A DNA stretch of 64,000 nucleotides from Planctomycetota bacterium (GCA_031409275.1 JANNXA010000055.1:96001-160000); one strand, 5' to 3'; shown: positions 47,441 to 56,517, counted from the first letter of the stretch. A program made the numbers and translations. The notes: a model not told the origin generated them from the sequence alone.

Positions 47441-48385
47441 CTAGACCTTGTCGAACAGCGCGCTCACCGACTCGCTTTGGTGGATCGCCTTGATCGCACG
47501 CGCAAGAAGCGGAGCCACTGAACGGTATTGGAATCGCTCCGGAAGGGGCTCGTGCACAGGAACCGTGTCGGTGATCACGATGCCGTCTGCCCCGCAATGG
47601 GCCAGCTTGTGCACGGCGTCCCCGCAGAATACCGCATGGGTCGCACCAACGTACACCGTGCGTGCACCGTGCTCCCGAACGATGCGGACTGCCTGCACCA
47701 TCGAACCGCCCGTGGCGATCATGTCGTCGATGATCAGGGCGTCCTTGCCCTTGACCTCTCCGATGATGTGCTCCCAGTCGACCTTGTCGGCCGAGATGCG
47801 GCGTTTGTCGACGATCGCGACCTGGGCGCCGAGCGACTCGGCATAGGCGCGCGCCCGCTTGAGCCCCCCCATGTCGGGGGCGACGATGATCGGGTCCTTG
47901 GGGCCGAGCCCCTGGAAGTACTCGATCAGGACCGGCTTGGCGTAGAGGTGGTCGACCGGGATATCGAAGAAGCCCTGGATCTGCGCGGCGTGCAGGTCGA
48001 TCGTCAGGACGCGATCGGCGCCGGCCGTGCTGATCATGTTCGCGATGAGCTTCGCCGAGATCGGCACGCGCCCCTCGTCCTTCCGATCCTTCCGCGCGTA
48101 GCCGAAATACGGGATCACGGCGGTCATCCGGCCAGCGCTCGCGCGCTTGCAGGTGTCGAGGAGGAGCAGCAGCTCCACCAGATGGTCGTTCACCGGCGGA
48201 CTCGTCGGCTGGACGATGAAGACGTCCGATCCGCGCAGGTCGTCGTAGATCTTGACGTCGATCTCGCCATCCGGAAAACGACCGACCGTGAGGCGGCAAA
48301 GATCGATGCCGATCGAGTCGGCAATCGCTCGCGCGAGGTGTGGATGGGCGTTGCCCGAAAGCACCGCGATCTTGTCGCGCGTCAT
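47441..48385 (-). CDS. prs: ribose-phosphate pyrophosphokinase
   Basis: FPDGE, PYFGYARKDRK, DLHAAQIQGFF, IDDMIATGGS. Confidence 0.97.
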   Translation of the reverse strand: MTRDKIAVLSGNAHPHLARAIADSIGIDLCRLTVGRFPDGEIDVKIYDDLRGSDVFIVQPTSPPVNDHLVELLLLLDTCKRASAGRMTAVIPYFGYARKDRKDEGRVPISAKLIANMISTAGADRVLTIDLHAAQIQGFFDIPVDHLYAKPVLIEYFQGLGPKDPIIVAPDMGGLKRARAYAESLGAQVAIVDKRRISADKVDWEHIIGEVKGKDALIIDDMIATGGSMVQAVRIVREHGARTVYVGATHAVFCGDAVHKLAHCGADGIVITDTVPVHEPLPERFQYRSVAPLLARAIKAIHQSESVSALFDKV

Positions 48386-49677
48386 GTGGTCCCTTCCCGA
48401 GTTGGCTTCGGCGCACCGTCGTCGCGTGGCTTGGCGCCGACGGCTCGCGCCGGAACCCCCACCCACGTGGTCCCGGCCGGTACGTTCTGTCCGCGCGTCA
48501 CGACGGCACCGGCGCCGGTGGTCGCGTTGTCGCCGATCTCGACCGGCGCGATCAACACGGTACCGCTGCCGATGAACGCCTTGGCACCGATCTTCGTGCG
48601 GTGCTTCGCCTTGCCGTCGTAGTTCGCGGTGATCGTGCCGGCGCCGATGTTGGTCCCGGCCCCGATCGTCGCGTCGCCCAGATAGGTCAGGTGCTTGGCC
48701 TTCACGTGAGCGCCAAGATGGCTGGCCTTCACTTCGACGAAGTTGCCGACCTCCGCCCCATCGGAGAGCACCGCTCCGGCGCGCAGGTGCGAGAAGGGGC
48801 CCACTTCGCAATCGGCCCCGATCTCGACGCCGGCGCGAATCACGGTGAAAGGGAGGATTCGCGTACGTGCGCCGATCCGCACCTCGTGATCGATGAACAC
48901 CGAGTCGGGATCCTCGATCTCGACGCCCGCCGCTTGATGCCGCGCGAGGATCCGGCGTCGCATCCGGCGCCGGCACTCGAGGAGGTCGGCCGGCGTATTG
49001 AAGCCGAGCGCTTCCTCAGCATCCGACAGCGGCTGCAGGGCGATCGTGTGGCCCGCCTCGCGGAGCAGTCGATAGGCGTCAGTGAGGTAGTACTCCGACT
49101 GCGCATTGTCGGTCCGCACGCTGCGCAGCGCCGCGAACAGGTCGCGCGCGCGAAAAATGGCGAGACCGCAGTGGACCTCGCGCAGGCTGCGCACCGCGTG
49201 GTCCGCGTCCTTCTCTTCGACGATTCGATCGAACGCTCCGTCCTCGGTTCGAACGACGCGACCGTAGCCAGTCGGATCGTCGAGCCGCGCTGGCGCCATC
49301 GTGCACGCATGGCCTTGCGCGCGGTGCGTTGCGAGCAGCGCCTGCAGCGTCGACGCGCGCAGCAGCGGACTGTCGCCGAACAGCACGACGAGATCGCCGT
49401 CGAACTCTGCGAGCGCCGGCGCGGCGGCGAGGACGGCATGTCCGGTCCCGCGCGGCGTGACCTGATCGACCCACTCAACGCCGGGAAACCGGCGCACGTA
49501 GTCGGCGATGAGTTCCTTGCGGTAGCACGCAACGACGATGGTGCGTACGGGCTGCAGCTCGAGGGCGGCTTCGATCACGAAGCCCAACGCCGGCGTGCCG
49601 CACAACGGTTCGAGCACCTTCGGCCGATTGCCGCCGAGACGCTTGCCTTGTCCGCCAGCGAGCACCACCACTGCCAA
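48382..49677 (-). CDS. glmU: bifunctional GlmU (start uncertain)
   Basis: VLAGGQGKR, PKVL, GTGHAV, GYGRV, EYYLTD, GNFVEVK, HLTYLGD, NYDG. Confidence 0.95.
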   Translation of the reverse strand: MAVVVLAGGQGKRLGGNRPKVLEPLCGTPALGFVIEAALELQPVRTIVVACYRKELIADYVRRFPGVEWVDQVTPRGTGHAVLAAAPALAEFDGDLVVLFGDSPLLRASTLQALLATHRAQGHACTMAPARLDDPTGYGRVVRTEDGAFDRIVEEKDADHAVRSLREVHCGLAIFRARDLFAALRSVRTDNAQSEYYLTDAYRLLREAGHTIALQPLSDAEEALGFNTPADLLECRRRMRRRILARHQAAGVEIEDPDSVFIDHEVRIGARTRILPFTVIRAGVEIGADCEVGPFSHLRAGAVLSDGAEVGNFVEVKASHLGAHVKAKHLTYLGDATIGAGTNIGAGTITANYDGKAKHRTKIGAKAFIGSGTVLIAPVEIGDNATTGAGAVVTRGQNVPAGTTWVGVPARAVGAKPRDDGAPKPTREGTT

Positions 49678-49867
49678 CGGCGGGGACGAGGGCCCTTTGG
49701 CGCCAGATTGCGTCGCAGCCTGCGCGATGACCGGTCTCCGCCAAACCTCGGGGGCGGGCGCCGTCCTGGCGCTCCGTCCGTTCCGGGAAAAAAGGCGAAG
49801 GTTCTTAACCGGCACGCTCGATGCGGTCAATTCCGCCGCCCGATGAACCAGCTCCCCCCCGGCCGAT

Positions 49868-49942
49868 TGGTTCCCCGATCAGGATTCGAACCTGGACTGA
49901 GGGATTCAAAGTCCCGCGTGCTACCGATTACACCATCGGGGA
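49868..49942 (-). tRNA. tRNA-Gln (UUG)
   Basis: TCCCCGATGGTGTAATCGGTAGCACG-CGGGA-CTTTGAA-TCCCT..GGTTCGAATCC..GGGGAACCA; U1-A72 pair; sits upstream of glmU-prs. Confidence 0.95.
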
Positions 49943-50150
49943 ATGGGCCGACGAAGCGGCGCATCATGGCACCCGCCGAGGCGGACGACAACGCGCAGGC
50001 GGCCGTCGATTCGGCGAGTTCGCCTGATTCTCGCTGCCCGTCGCGCGGTGCCGAGGCACTGGCTCCGGCCGGGGATCGGAAGCTCCGATTCGGCGACGCG
50101 GGTCGCCCTGCCCGCCAACGTCACCGCGCCATCGGAGGGCAGAGGACCGC

Positions 50151-51410
50151 TCAAGAGCCTCGCAGCTGCCGCCGCCAAAGATCGAGCGCCGCGATCACCG
50201 CGAACTGCTGGACGGAGTCGCGATCGCCCGGAAACTGGCGCCGCAACGAGGCGGTGCCGCGCGGGCCCGCGACCGCCAGGTGGACGCACCCGACCGGCGT
50301 CGCTTCGCTGCCACCTCCAGGTCCGGCGACGCCGGTCGTCGCGATCCCATAGGTGGCGCCCGATCGAGTTCGGATGCCCTCCGCCATCGCCCTCGCGACG
50401 GCGTCGCTGACGACGCCGTGCTCCGCGACGAGTTCGAGCGCCACTCCGAGCGCACGATGCTTGGCCGCCGCGGTGTAGGTCACCGCCGCCTCGAGGAAGA
50501 CATCCGAGGCACCCGCAACCGAAGTCAGCGCGGCCGCAAGGCGCCCGCCCGTGCATGACTCCGCCACTGCCACCGTCGCCGGTGCCGCTCGAGCCATTTC
50601 GAGGAGCGTCGCTGCAAGCGAGCGATCCCCTTCCGCGAAGACATGTTCCGCAAGCGCTTGGCGCATGCCGAGCACGCACGCGTCGAGGCGCGCGCGCCCC
50701 GCTTCGTCATCGCGATCCGCCGCGCAGATGGAGATCACGCCGTGACGCACGGTGTCCGAGACACGCGGTGGCTCCGGGGATTCCATCCATCGCGCGATCC
50801 GTTCGCCCACCACCGACTCGGGCAGACCGACGACCTGCAAGAGGACTTCGCGAAACGGCGCGGCGCCGAGCCGCTCGCGGATCCAAGGCAGCACCGATTG
50901 CTCGATCATCGGTCGCAGCTCGCCGGGGACGCCTGGCAGCGCGAAGAGCGTCGCTCGCTGCAGCGCCAGCATGATCCCCGGCGCCGACCCGCGCGGATTG
51001 GCGATCGGTCGCGCGCCGAGCGGCACCATCGATTGCCGCTCATTGCTCGGCGACGGCGCTCGACCGAGCTTCTTGAAGTACTCCCCGACCTGCCGGCCCG
51101 CCTCCGCATCGACGATCAACGGAACTCCGGCCGCCTGCGCGATGGCGTCGCGCGTGCGATCATCCGCGGTCGGCCCGAGTCCACCACCGATGATCAGCAG
51201 ATCGACCCGCTCGGTCAGCTCGCGCACGGCGGACGCGATCGCGGTCAGTTGATCACCGACGATGCGAATCTCGGCGAGTTCCACGCCGAGCGCGCGCAGC
51301 TGCCGCGCGATCCATGCCGAGTTGGTGTCGACCACGGCGCCGCAGACAAGCTCTTCACCCGTCGCGAGCAGCGCGGCCGTGCGAACCGTCGCCGAGCGAT
51401 CGGCGGTCAC
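50151..51410 (-). CDS. cinA: CinA family (MocF-like + PncC NMN deamidase)
   Basis: GEEL..G..VDTNS, GGLGPTADDRT, LPGVPGE, AESCTGG, TGVAGPGG. Confidence 0.94.
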   Translation of the reverse strand: MTADRSATVRTAALLATGEELVCGAVVDTNSAWIARQLRALGVELAEIRIVGDQLTAIASAVRELTERVDLLIIGGGLGPTADDRTRDAIAQAAGVPLIVDAEAGRQVGEYFKKLGRAPSPSNERQSMVPLGARPIANPRGSAPGIMLALQRATLFALPGVPGELRPMIEQSVLPWIRERLGAAPFREVLLQVVGLPESVVGERIARWMESPEPPRVSDTVRHGVISICAADRDDEAGRARLDACVLGMRQALAEHVFAEGDRSLAATLLEMARAAPATVAVAESCTGGRLAAALTSVAGASDVFLEAAVTYTAAAKHRALGVALELVAEHGVVSDAVARAMAEGIRTRSGATYGIATTGVAGPGGGSEATPVGCVHLAVAGPRGTASLRRQFPGDRDSVQQFAVIAALDLWRRQLRGS

Positions 51411-52342
51411 GACGCGCTCTCTCGCTGCCGGACCGCGCGCAACCGCGCGGCGCTCTTGGCGAGCAGCAGTCCGATCTCGAACAAGACGAGCATCGGCACC
51501 GCGACGAGCATCTGCGAGACGTAGTCCGGCGGCGTGATCACCGCCGCGATGATGAAGATCGCGAGGATGCAGTGGCGCCGTTTGCCGCGATAGAACTCCG
51601 GCCCGACCAGCCCCGTGCTCGAAAGCACCCACATCACCAACGGGATCTGGAAGACGAGCCCCATCACCAGCAAGAGCAGGAACAGCAGGCCGAGGTACGA
51701 GCCGATCGCCACCTGCGGCCGCACGAACGTCGGATCGCCGTAGCCCACCAGGAAGCGCACCGAGAGCTCGGCCAGGACGAAGTAGCCGAACGCGAGACCG
51801 ACGAAGAAAAAGAGCAGCGAGACCGGGAGCACCCTCCCGACCATGCGCTTCTCGGCGTCGTAGAGCCCCTCGGCAACGAACCGCCACAGCTCGTAGAGCA
51901 ACACCGGCGCCGACACGATCAAGGCCGCCAGCAGGCACTCGAGCATGTAGGCGCTGAACGCCTCGAGCGTTCCGACCGCCTGCAGTTGCGAGAGCGACGG
52001 CGGCGGCTCGCGCCACTCGACCGCCTGGAGCGTGCTCAGTTCCGCGAAGTCGGTGTCATCGAGCAGGCTCTTGCGATGGAGTCGCTCGATCAGCAGGTCG
52101 ACCGTACGTTTGATCGGGTGCTCTGGCGCCGGTCGCGCCAGCCACTTCTCGGCGAACTCCGCATTCAACGAGGCCCGCGCGCGCTCGTAAGGGCGCGTGA
52201 AGAACTCCATGAGCGATTCCTGAAACGCGAACGCGGCGGCAAATGCCACCGCGAACGCGAGGATTCCTCTCATGAGACGCCGGCGCAGCTCCTCGAGGTG
52301 CTCGCCGAACGTCATCCGGACGTCGTCAGGGGCGAGACTCAC
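51407..52342 (-). CDS. tatC: twin-arginine translocase subunit TatC
   Basis: MTFGEHLEELRRRL, YELWRFVAEGL, FQIP, AAVITPPD. Confidence 0.94.
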   Translation of the reverse strand: MSLAPDDVRMTFGEHLEELRRRLMRGILAFAVAFAAAFAFQESLMEFFTRPYERARASLNAEFAEKWLARPAPEHPIKRTVDLLIERLHRKSLLDDTDFAELSTLQAVEWREPPPSLSQLQAVGTLEAFSAYMLECLLAALIVSAPVLLYELWRFVAEGLYDAEKRMVGRVLPVSLLFFFVGLAFGYFVLAELSVRFLVGYGDPTFVRPQVAIGSYLGLLFLLLLVMGLVFQIPLVMWVLSSTGLVGPEFYRGKRRHCILAIFIIAAVITPPDYVSQMLVAVPMLVLFEIGLLLAKSAARLRAVRQRESAS

Positions 52343-53607
52343 TCGTACTTGAGGAACTCAAGGATCTCGCGCACCGGGAGCACCTGAACGCGATAGAGCT
52401 GCGCGAGCTGCATCTCGGCCGATTCGGAAGAACCGGCATCGGAGCCATCGCCTTCCGCCGCCGCGTCCGCCTCGCCGCTCGCCGCAGCCGGCTCGGCGTC
52501 ACCCATCACCAGGAAGTCCGTGGTCGGACCCACCTTCTCGGAGACGTTGGCGCCCAGAGCGCGGAGCCGGTCGGCGACCATGGCACGCGAGTAGCCCGAC
52601 GGGAAGCGACCGGTGAGGACGAACTCGCGCGGCATCTCCGGGTCGTAGTTCGGAGCCGAGATCTTGTCGCCGCGAGAAATCGGGTCGAAGCGATCCTTCA
52701 GATCGACCACGGTGCACTCGGCCATCGCCTCGTTCACCGAGGAGACCTCGACCATCCCCTTCTCGCGCATCGCGCCGTTCTTGCCGTAGGTGAAGACCTT
52801 GAAGCGCGTTCCGCGACGCAGCAACTGCTTGCTGCCGAGATCGATGTAGCAGGTGTTCGCGGTGCTGACCGCGACGACGGAGCCGTCCGGCTCATCCGGA
52901 AGGCGGATCACTTCGAGCTTCTTCGACATCTCCGCGATGCGGCCCTCGCGCTTGCGGACATCGTCATTCAGCGCGGCGACCTGCTTCTCGAGCTCTTCCT
53001 TCTCGGCGCGGGCGCGCGCTTCGGCAGCGTTCAGGCGCCCGTTGAGCTCTTCGATGCGGGTTTTGTCCGACGTCTCCTGCGCGCCATTGCGATCGCGCTC
53101 GTCGGAGAGCTGGCGCTGCACTGCCGCCGTCGCTTCATCCTTCTGGCGCGTCATGTCGCGCAGGTTCTGTTCGGTCGACGCGCGCGACGCTTCGGCCGTC
53201 GTTTGCGCCTGCTTGGCTTCGGCGAGCTGACGCGTCAGGTCATTGACCTGCGCCTCGAATCGCTCGACCACGCGAGCGAGGTTCGACGCGTCCTTGCCGA
53301 CGAAACCGTAGCTCTCCTGGAGCGCGGTCAGGCGGCCTTTGATCTCGTCCGGACGCGCATCCGAGTTCGGATCGGTCTCGTCACGGAAGCCGACGTGCTG
53401 GGCGAGGGCGCGGACCTTGCCGGCCGACTCCTCGTACTTGGCACGCGCCTGCGCTTCGAGAGTCTGCGCGTCCTTGACCTTCTTCTCGTTGTCCGCCTTC
53501 TCAGAGGCGAGCACGTAGATGCCGGCGCCGGCAAAGAGCACGAGCGCGAGCAACACGATGACCCAAATGACGCCAACAGTCGCGGCCCCGCGGATTCGGC
53601 GGTTCAT
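52339..53607 (-). CDS. membrane-anchored coiled-coil protein with a beta-rich domain and C-terminal BRCT-like domain
   Basis: N-terminal TM, about 200-aa heptad region, YIDLG..LRRG..F.V segment, FVLTGRF..SR..RALGANV...V...TDFLVMG (BRCT signature). Confidence 0.75.
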   Translation of the reverse strand: MNRRIRGAATVGVIWVIVLLALVLFAGAGIYVLASEKADNEKKVKDAQTLEAQARAKYEESAGKVRALAQHVGFRDETDPNSDARPDEIKGRLTALQESYGFVGKDASNLARVVERFEAQVNDLTRQLAEAKQAQTTAEASRASTEQNLRDMTRQKDEATAAVQRQLSDERDRNGAQETSDKTRIEELNGRLNAAEARARAEKEELEKQVAALNDDVRKREGRIAEMSKKLEVIRLPDEPDGSVVAVSTANTCYIDLGSKQLLRRGTRFKVFTYGKNGAMREKGMVEVSSVNEAMAECTVVDLKDRFDPISRGDKISAPNYDPEMPREFVLTGRFPSGYSRAMVADRLRALGANVSEKVGPTTDFLVMGDAEPAAASGEADAAAEGDGSDAGSSESAEMQLAQLYRVQVLPVREILEFLKYE

Positions 53608-53835
53608 TCAGAAGCTCCAGGCGGTTCAAGACGCAAGCTACGAGTCCGACGAACAGGCTGCCCGCAGAGCTGCGGGCCTGGGAGCGCGCTCTAGGTGACC
53701 AGCAGCCGCGCGGCAACGCCGCAGCGACCGATGCCCCTCCCGGAACGTCGTCCCGACGCCTCTTCCAGGCGACCTCCAATCGCACGCAAACCGTTACTGC
53801 AGCGTAGGATCGGCGGGCCGCCGCGGAAGCGCGGG

Positions 53836-53864
53836 ATTAAACGGCTGTCGTTCTGGGGTGTCAA
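53836..53864 (-). promoter_or_regulatory. near-consensus sigma70 promoter TTGACA-17-TTTAAT for the BRCT-tatC-cinA operon
   Basis: Read directly on the minus strand; the spacer is exactly 17 nt. Confidence 0.8.
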
Positions 53865-53879
53865 GCGGGAGAGCCGGGA

Positions 53880-54560
53880 GTGTCGACGCCGCCGTCCGCC
53901 GCTCCGAATCCCGCGCCGTCCCGGCGACCGATCGTGATCGGCCTCCTCGGCGGCATCGGCAGCGGCAAGAGCAGCGTGGCGCGGATGCTCGCGGCGTTGG
54001 GAGCCGAGTGGCTCGACGCCGACGCCATCGCCCACTCCGTGCTCGACGAGCCGGAGATCGTCGCGGCCGTTTGCAAGCGGCACGGCGCCGCCACGCTGCT
54101 GCCCGGAACTCCGGCGCGCGTCGATCGCGCCGCGCTCGGCCGTCGGGTCTTTGACGACCGCGACGCACTGCGCCACCTCGAAGCGCTGCTCCACCCCCGC
54201 GTGCTGGAACTACTCGAGCAGCGACTCGACTCGTTGCGCCAGCGCGGCGAAGTACCGGCGATCCTCCTCGACGTCCCGCTCCTGCTCGAAACGGGGCAAC
54301 TCGCGGCGCGCTGCGACCTGCTGCTCTTCGTCGACAGTCCCGCCGAGGAGCGTCTGCAGCGCGTCGTCGAGCGTCGCCGCTGGTCCCCCGCGGAACTCGC
54401 GCGGCGCGAGGCGCTGCAGCTGCCGCTCGCGCAGAAGCGCGCCGCCGCGGACCAGGTTCTGGTGAACGACGGCAACGAGGCAGGCCTTTCAGAGCGCGTC
54501 CGAGCGTGGCTGTCGGGCGCGGGCGGATTCGAGGGGCTGCCGCGCCGCAAGAGGGGCTGA
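53880..54560 (+). CDS. coaE: dephospho-CoA kinase
   Basis: IGLLGGIGSGKS, DAD, LEALLHP.V, DVPLLLE, AD.VL.ND. Confidence 0.95.
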   Translation: MSTPPSAAPNPAPSRRPIVIGLLGGIGSGKSSVARMLAALGAEWLDADAIAHSVLDEPEIVAAVCKRHGAATLLPGTPARVDRAALGRRVFDDRDALRHLEALLHPRVLELLEQRLDSLRQRGEVPAILLDVPLLLETGQLAARCDLLLFVDSPAEERLQRVVERRRWSPAELARREALQLPLAQKRAAADQVLVNDGNEAGLSERVRAWLSGAGGFEGLPRRKRG

Positions 54561-54696
54561 ACCGCGCGCGATCGTGACATCCGCGGCCCTCGTCAACGAG
54601 CGAGGCACGGCTACCATCGCTCGCGGACGTCCGGCCCAACTTCGGCCCAAGTCCCAACCCGTGTCCCGAATCGATCTCCCCGGATGGAGCTTGTCG

Positions 54697-55443
54697 ATGC
54701 AACGAAGTCACGCGCTCAAGCTCGGCGCGATCCTGCTTGGATCGTGCCTTGCCCTGATGCCGGAGTCGTTTGGCTACGGCTGAGGTCCTGGATGCGGCTC
54801 CGGAGGAGCTGGCGGTTCGTCGGGTGGCGCGAGCGGAGGCGGAGGACCCTCGGCCGGATCAGGAGGCGCTGGCGTGCGCTCCGGCGGAGGCGGCTTTGGC
54901 CGACGCAAGCCCTCCTCGACGGGCAGCGGAGATGGCGGCGGATCGGGCGATCTCTTCACGCCGGGGCAGGACGGCAACCTGTCGTGGAACGGGACGCAGC
55001 CGATCGCCAACAAGCCGATCCTCGTCTACGTCTTCGATGGCCACATCTACGACGGCAGCGTCTTCGACTTCAGCAAGCGGATCGAGACCGAACTGCTGAA
55101 AGACCCGCAGGTCATCAAGGAAGCACGCGACTTCGTGTGCGAGAAGGTCTGCGTCGGAGATCACGAGTTCCTGCGCAAGGTGAAGGGGCGCGAAGCTCTC
55201 ACCGCGTATCTCACCGCGAACCTCGCCAAGCCCGAACAGCGCAAAGTGCAGCTCTTCTTCCTCGATTCGACCGGACAGTGGATCTCGACCTTCAACGACC
55301 CGAAGGCGATCAAGGAAGGCGCGCCAGCGCTGTTGCGTGAGATGCGCAAGGCGAAGGAAGAAAACGCCAAGCGACTCGCCGCTCTCGCGGCGAAGGCCGC
55401 CGCACCGGCCGCCGGAAAAGGGACGGGCGCCAAGAAAGAGTGA
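54697..55443 (+). CDS. candidate exported selenoprotein (in-frame TGA at codon 29): signal peptide, YG-U-GPG-C, Gly/Ser linker, thioredoxin-like fold
   Basis: ORFs 54574-54783 and 54874-55443 are in the same frame with only one TGA between them; GGAG lies 7 nt before ATG 54697; hairpin after the TGA; KPILVYVF, FVCEKV and LFFLDSTGQ Trx-like strands. Confidence 0.65.
54795..54811 (+). promoter_or_regulatory. candidate bacterial SECIS element
   Basis: CGGCTCC-GGA-GGAGCTG 7-bp stem with a G-initiated loop, after an 11-nt spacer from the TGA. Confidence 0.55.
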
Positions 55444-55458
55444 GCCGATTCAGCGAAT

Positions 55459-55495
55459 CTGCGCCCCGGGTCGCCGCGCGCGATCCGGGGCGCAG
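55459..55495. terminator. 16-bp hairpin between the two convergent thioredoxin-like genes
   Basis: CTGCGCCCCGGGTCGC-CGCGC-GCGATCCGGGGCGCAG then TCGTTT. Confidence 0.7.
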
Positions 55496-55506
55496 TCGTT
55501 TGATGG

Positions 55507-56517
55507 CTAGCCCCCGCCCTTGCGTGGTGGCGATTTCGGGTCGTCGGCCGGCAGCTTGTCGAGCTGCTTCTGCGCATCGGCTGCGACTGGCAGTCCCTTC
55601 ATCCCGCGCACGACGTTCGCGAGCCGCTTCCTCGCGGCGGCGCGATCGCCCGCGCGCGCGACTTCGAGCGCTTCCTCGATCTGCCCCTCCGCCTCCTCGA
55701 TCAACGCGGCCTGCAACTCCCCGATCCACTGCGCCAACGCGGCGGTCTTGAGCGGCCGCGGCAGCGACGCGTCCTTGATCCCCTTCTGCTCGGCGATCAG
55801 GAGCTTCCCAAGCTCGCGATGAACGAAGCTGCCGCCACGCTTCTCGCGTTGATCGATCAATGCGCGGACCGAAGCGAGCAGCGCCGCGTACTCGCCGTAG
55901 CTGAAGCTTGGGTGTGCCCGATCCTTGTTGGCGTGAGCCAGTTCCTCCTCCAAGCGCTCGATCGTGAGCTGATGGCCCTCCGCTCGCGCGCGCTCCAAGC
56001 CATCGGCGCCGACGAAGACATGCAGCGGATTCCAATACTCGCGCTGCGCGAACTCGTCGCGAACCTTCACGTAGCTCGCGCGATGCTCGTCGCACGCGCA
56101 GTCGAAGAGGTCGCACCAGTCGATGGAAGCGTTCGCCGCGACGCGAGGCTTCGATGGATGTGCCTTGCCATCGAATGCCGCGAGCAGCACCACTTTCTGC
56201 GACAAAGCGCCGAATCCAGGCTTCGAGTAGACCGCGCTGCTCATCGACTTGAAGCCCGAGCTTTGATCGTCGCTGAGCACGGCGAGCACCGGCACGTTGC
56301 GCCGCGTCGCCTCATCGAGCGCGCCGTACCAATCGCCCGTCCAACGCACCTCGTCGGCCTTGCGCTCGCGCGGCACCTCGAACTCGAGTCGGCGCCGCGC
56401 GCTCTGGGTCAGCGGGCTGATGAAGTCGTCGATACTGCGGCTCGGACACGGCGACGCGAGCGGGGCGAACGCGAGAGTGGCGGCAGCGAAGCCCCACCGG
56501 AGTCGATTGACGGCCAT
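55507..56517 (-). CDS. exported thioredoxin-like fold protein without CxxC
   Basis: Signal-like N-terminus; W...WYGALDEA.RRNVPVL, cis-Pro-like NPLHVFVGADG; Cys cluster CDLFDCACDEH. Confidence 0.65.
   Translation of the reverse strand: MAVNRLRWGFAAATLAFAPLASPCPSRSIDDFISPLTQSARRRLEFEVPRERKADEVRWTGDWYGALDEATRRNVPVLAVLSDDQSSGFKSMSSAVYSKPGFGALSQKVVLLAAFDGKAHPSKPRVAANASIDWCDLFDCACDEHRASYVKVRDEFAQREYWNPLHVFVGADGLERARAEGHQLTIERLEEELAHANKDRAHPSFSYGEYAALLASVRALIDQREKRGGSFVHRELGKLLIAEQKGIKDASLPRPLKTAALAQWIGELQAALIEEAEGQIEEALEVARAGDRAAARKRLANVVRGMKGLPVAADAQKQLDKLPADDPKSPPRKGGG

Noticed and set aside
54781..54783. Genome-wide TGA reassignment (code 4 or 25) as the explanation for the in-frame TGA
   Set aside because: TGA is the ordinary stop for most conserved genes here (pgk, gap, purN, frr and others)
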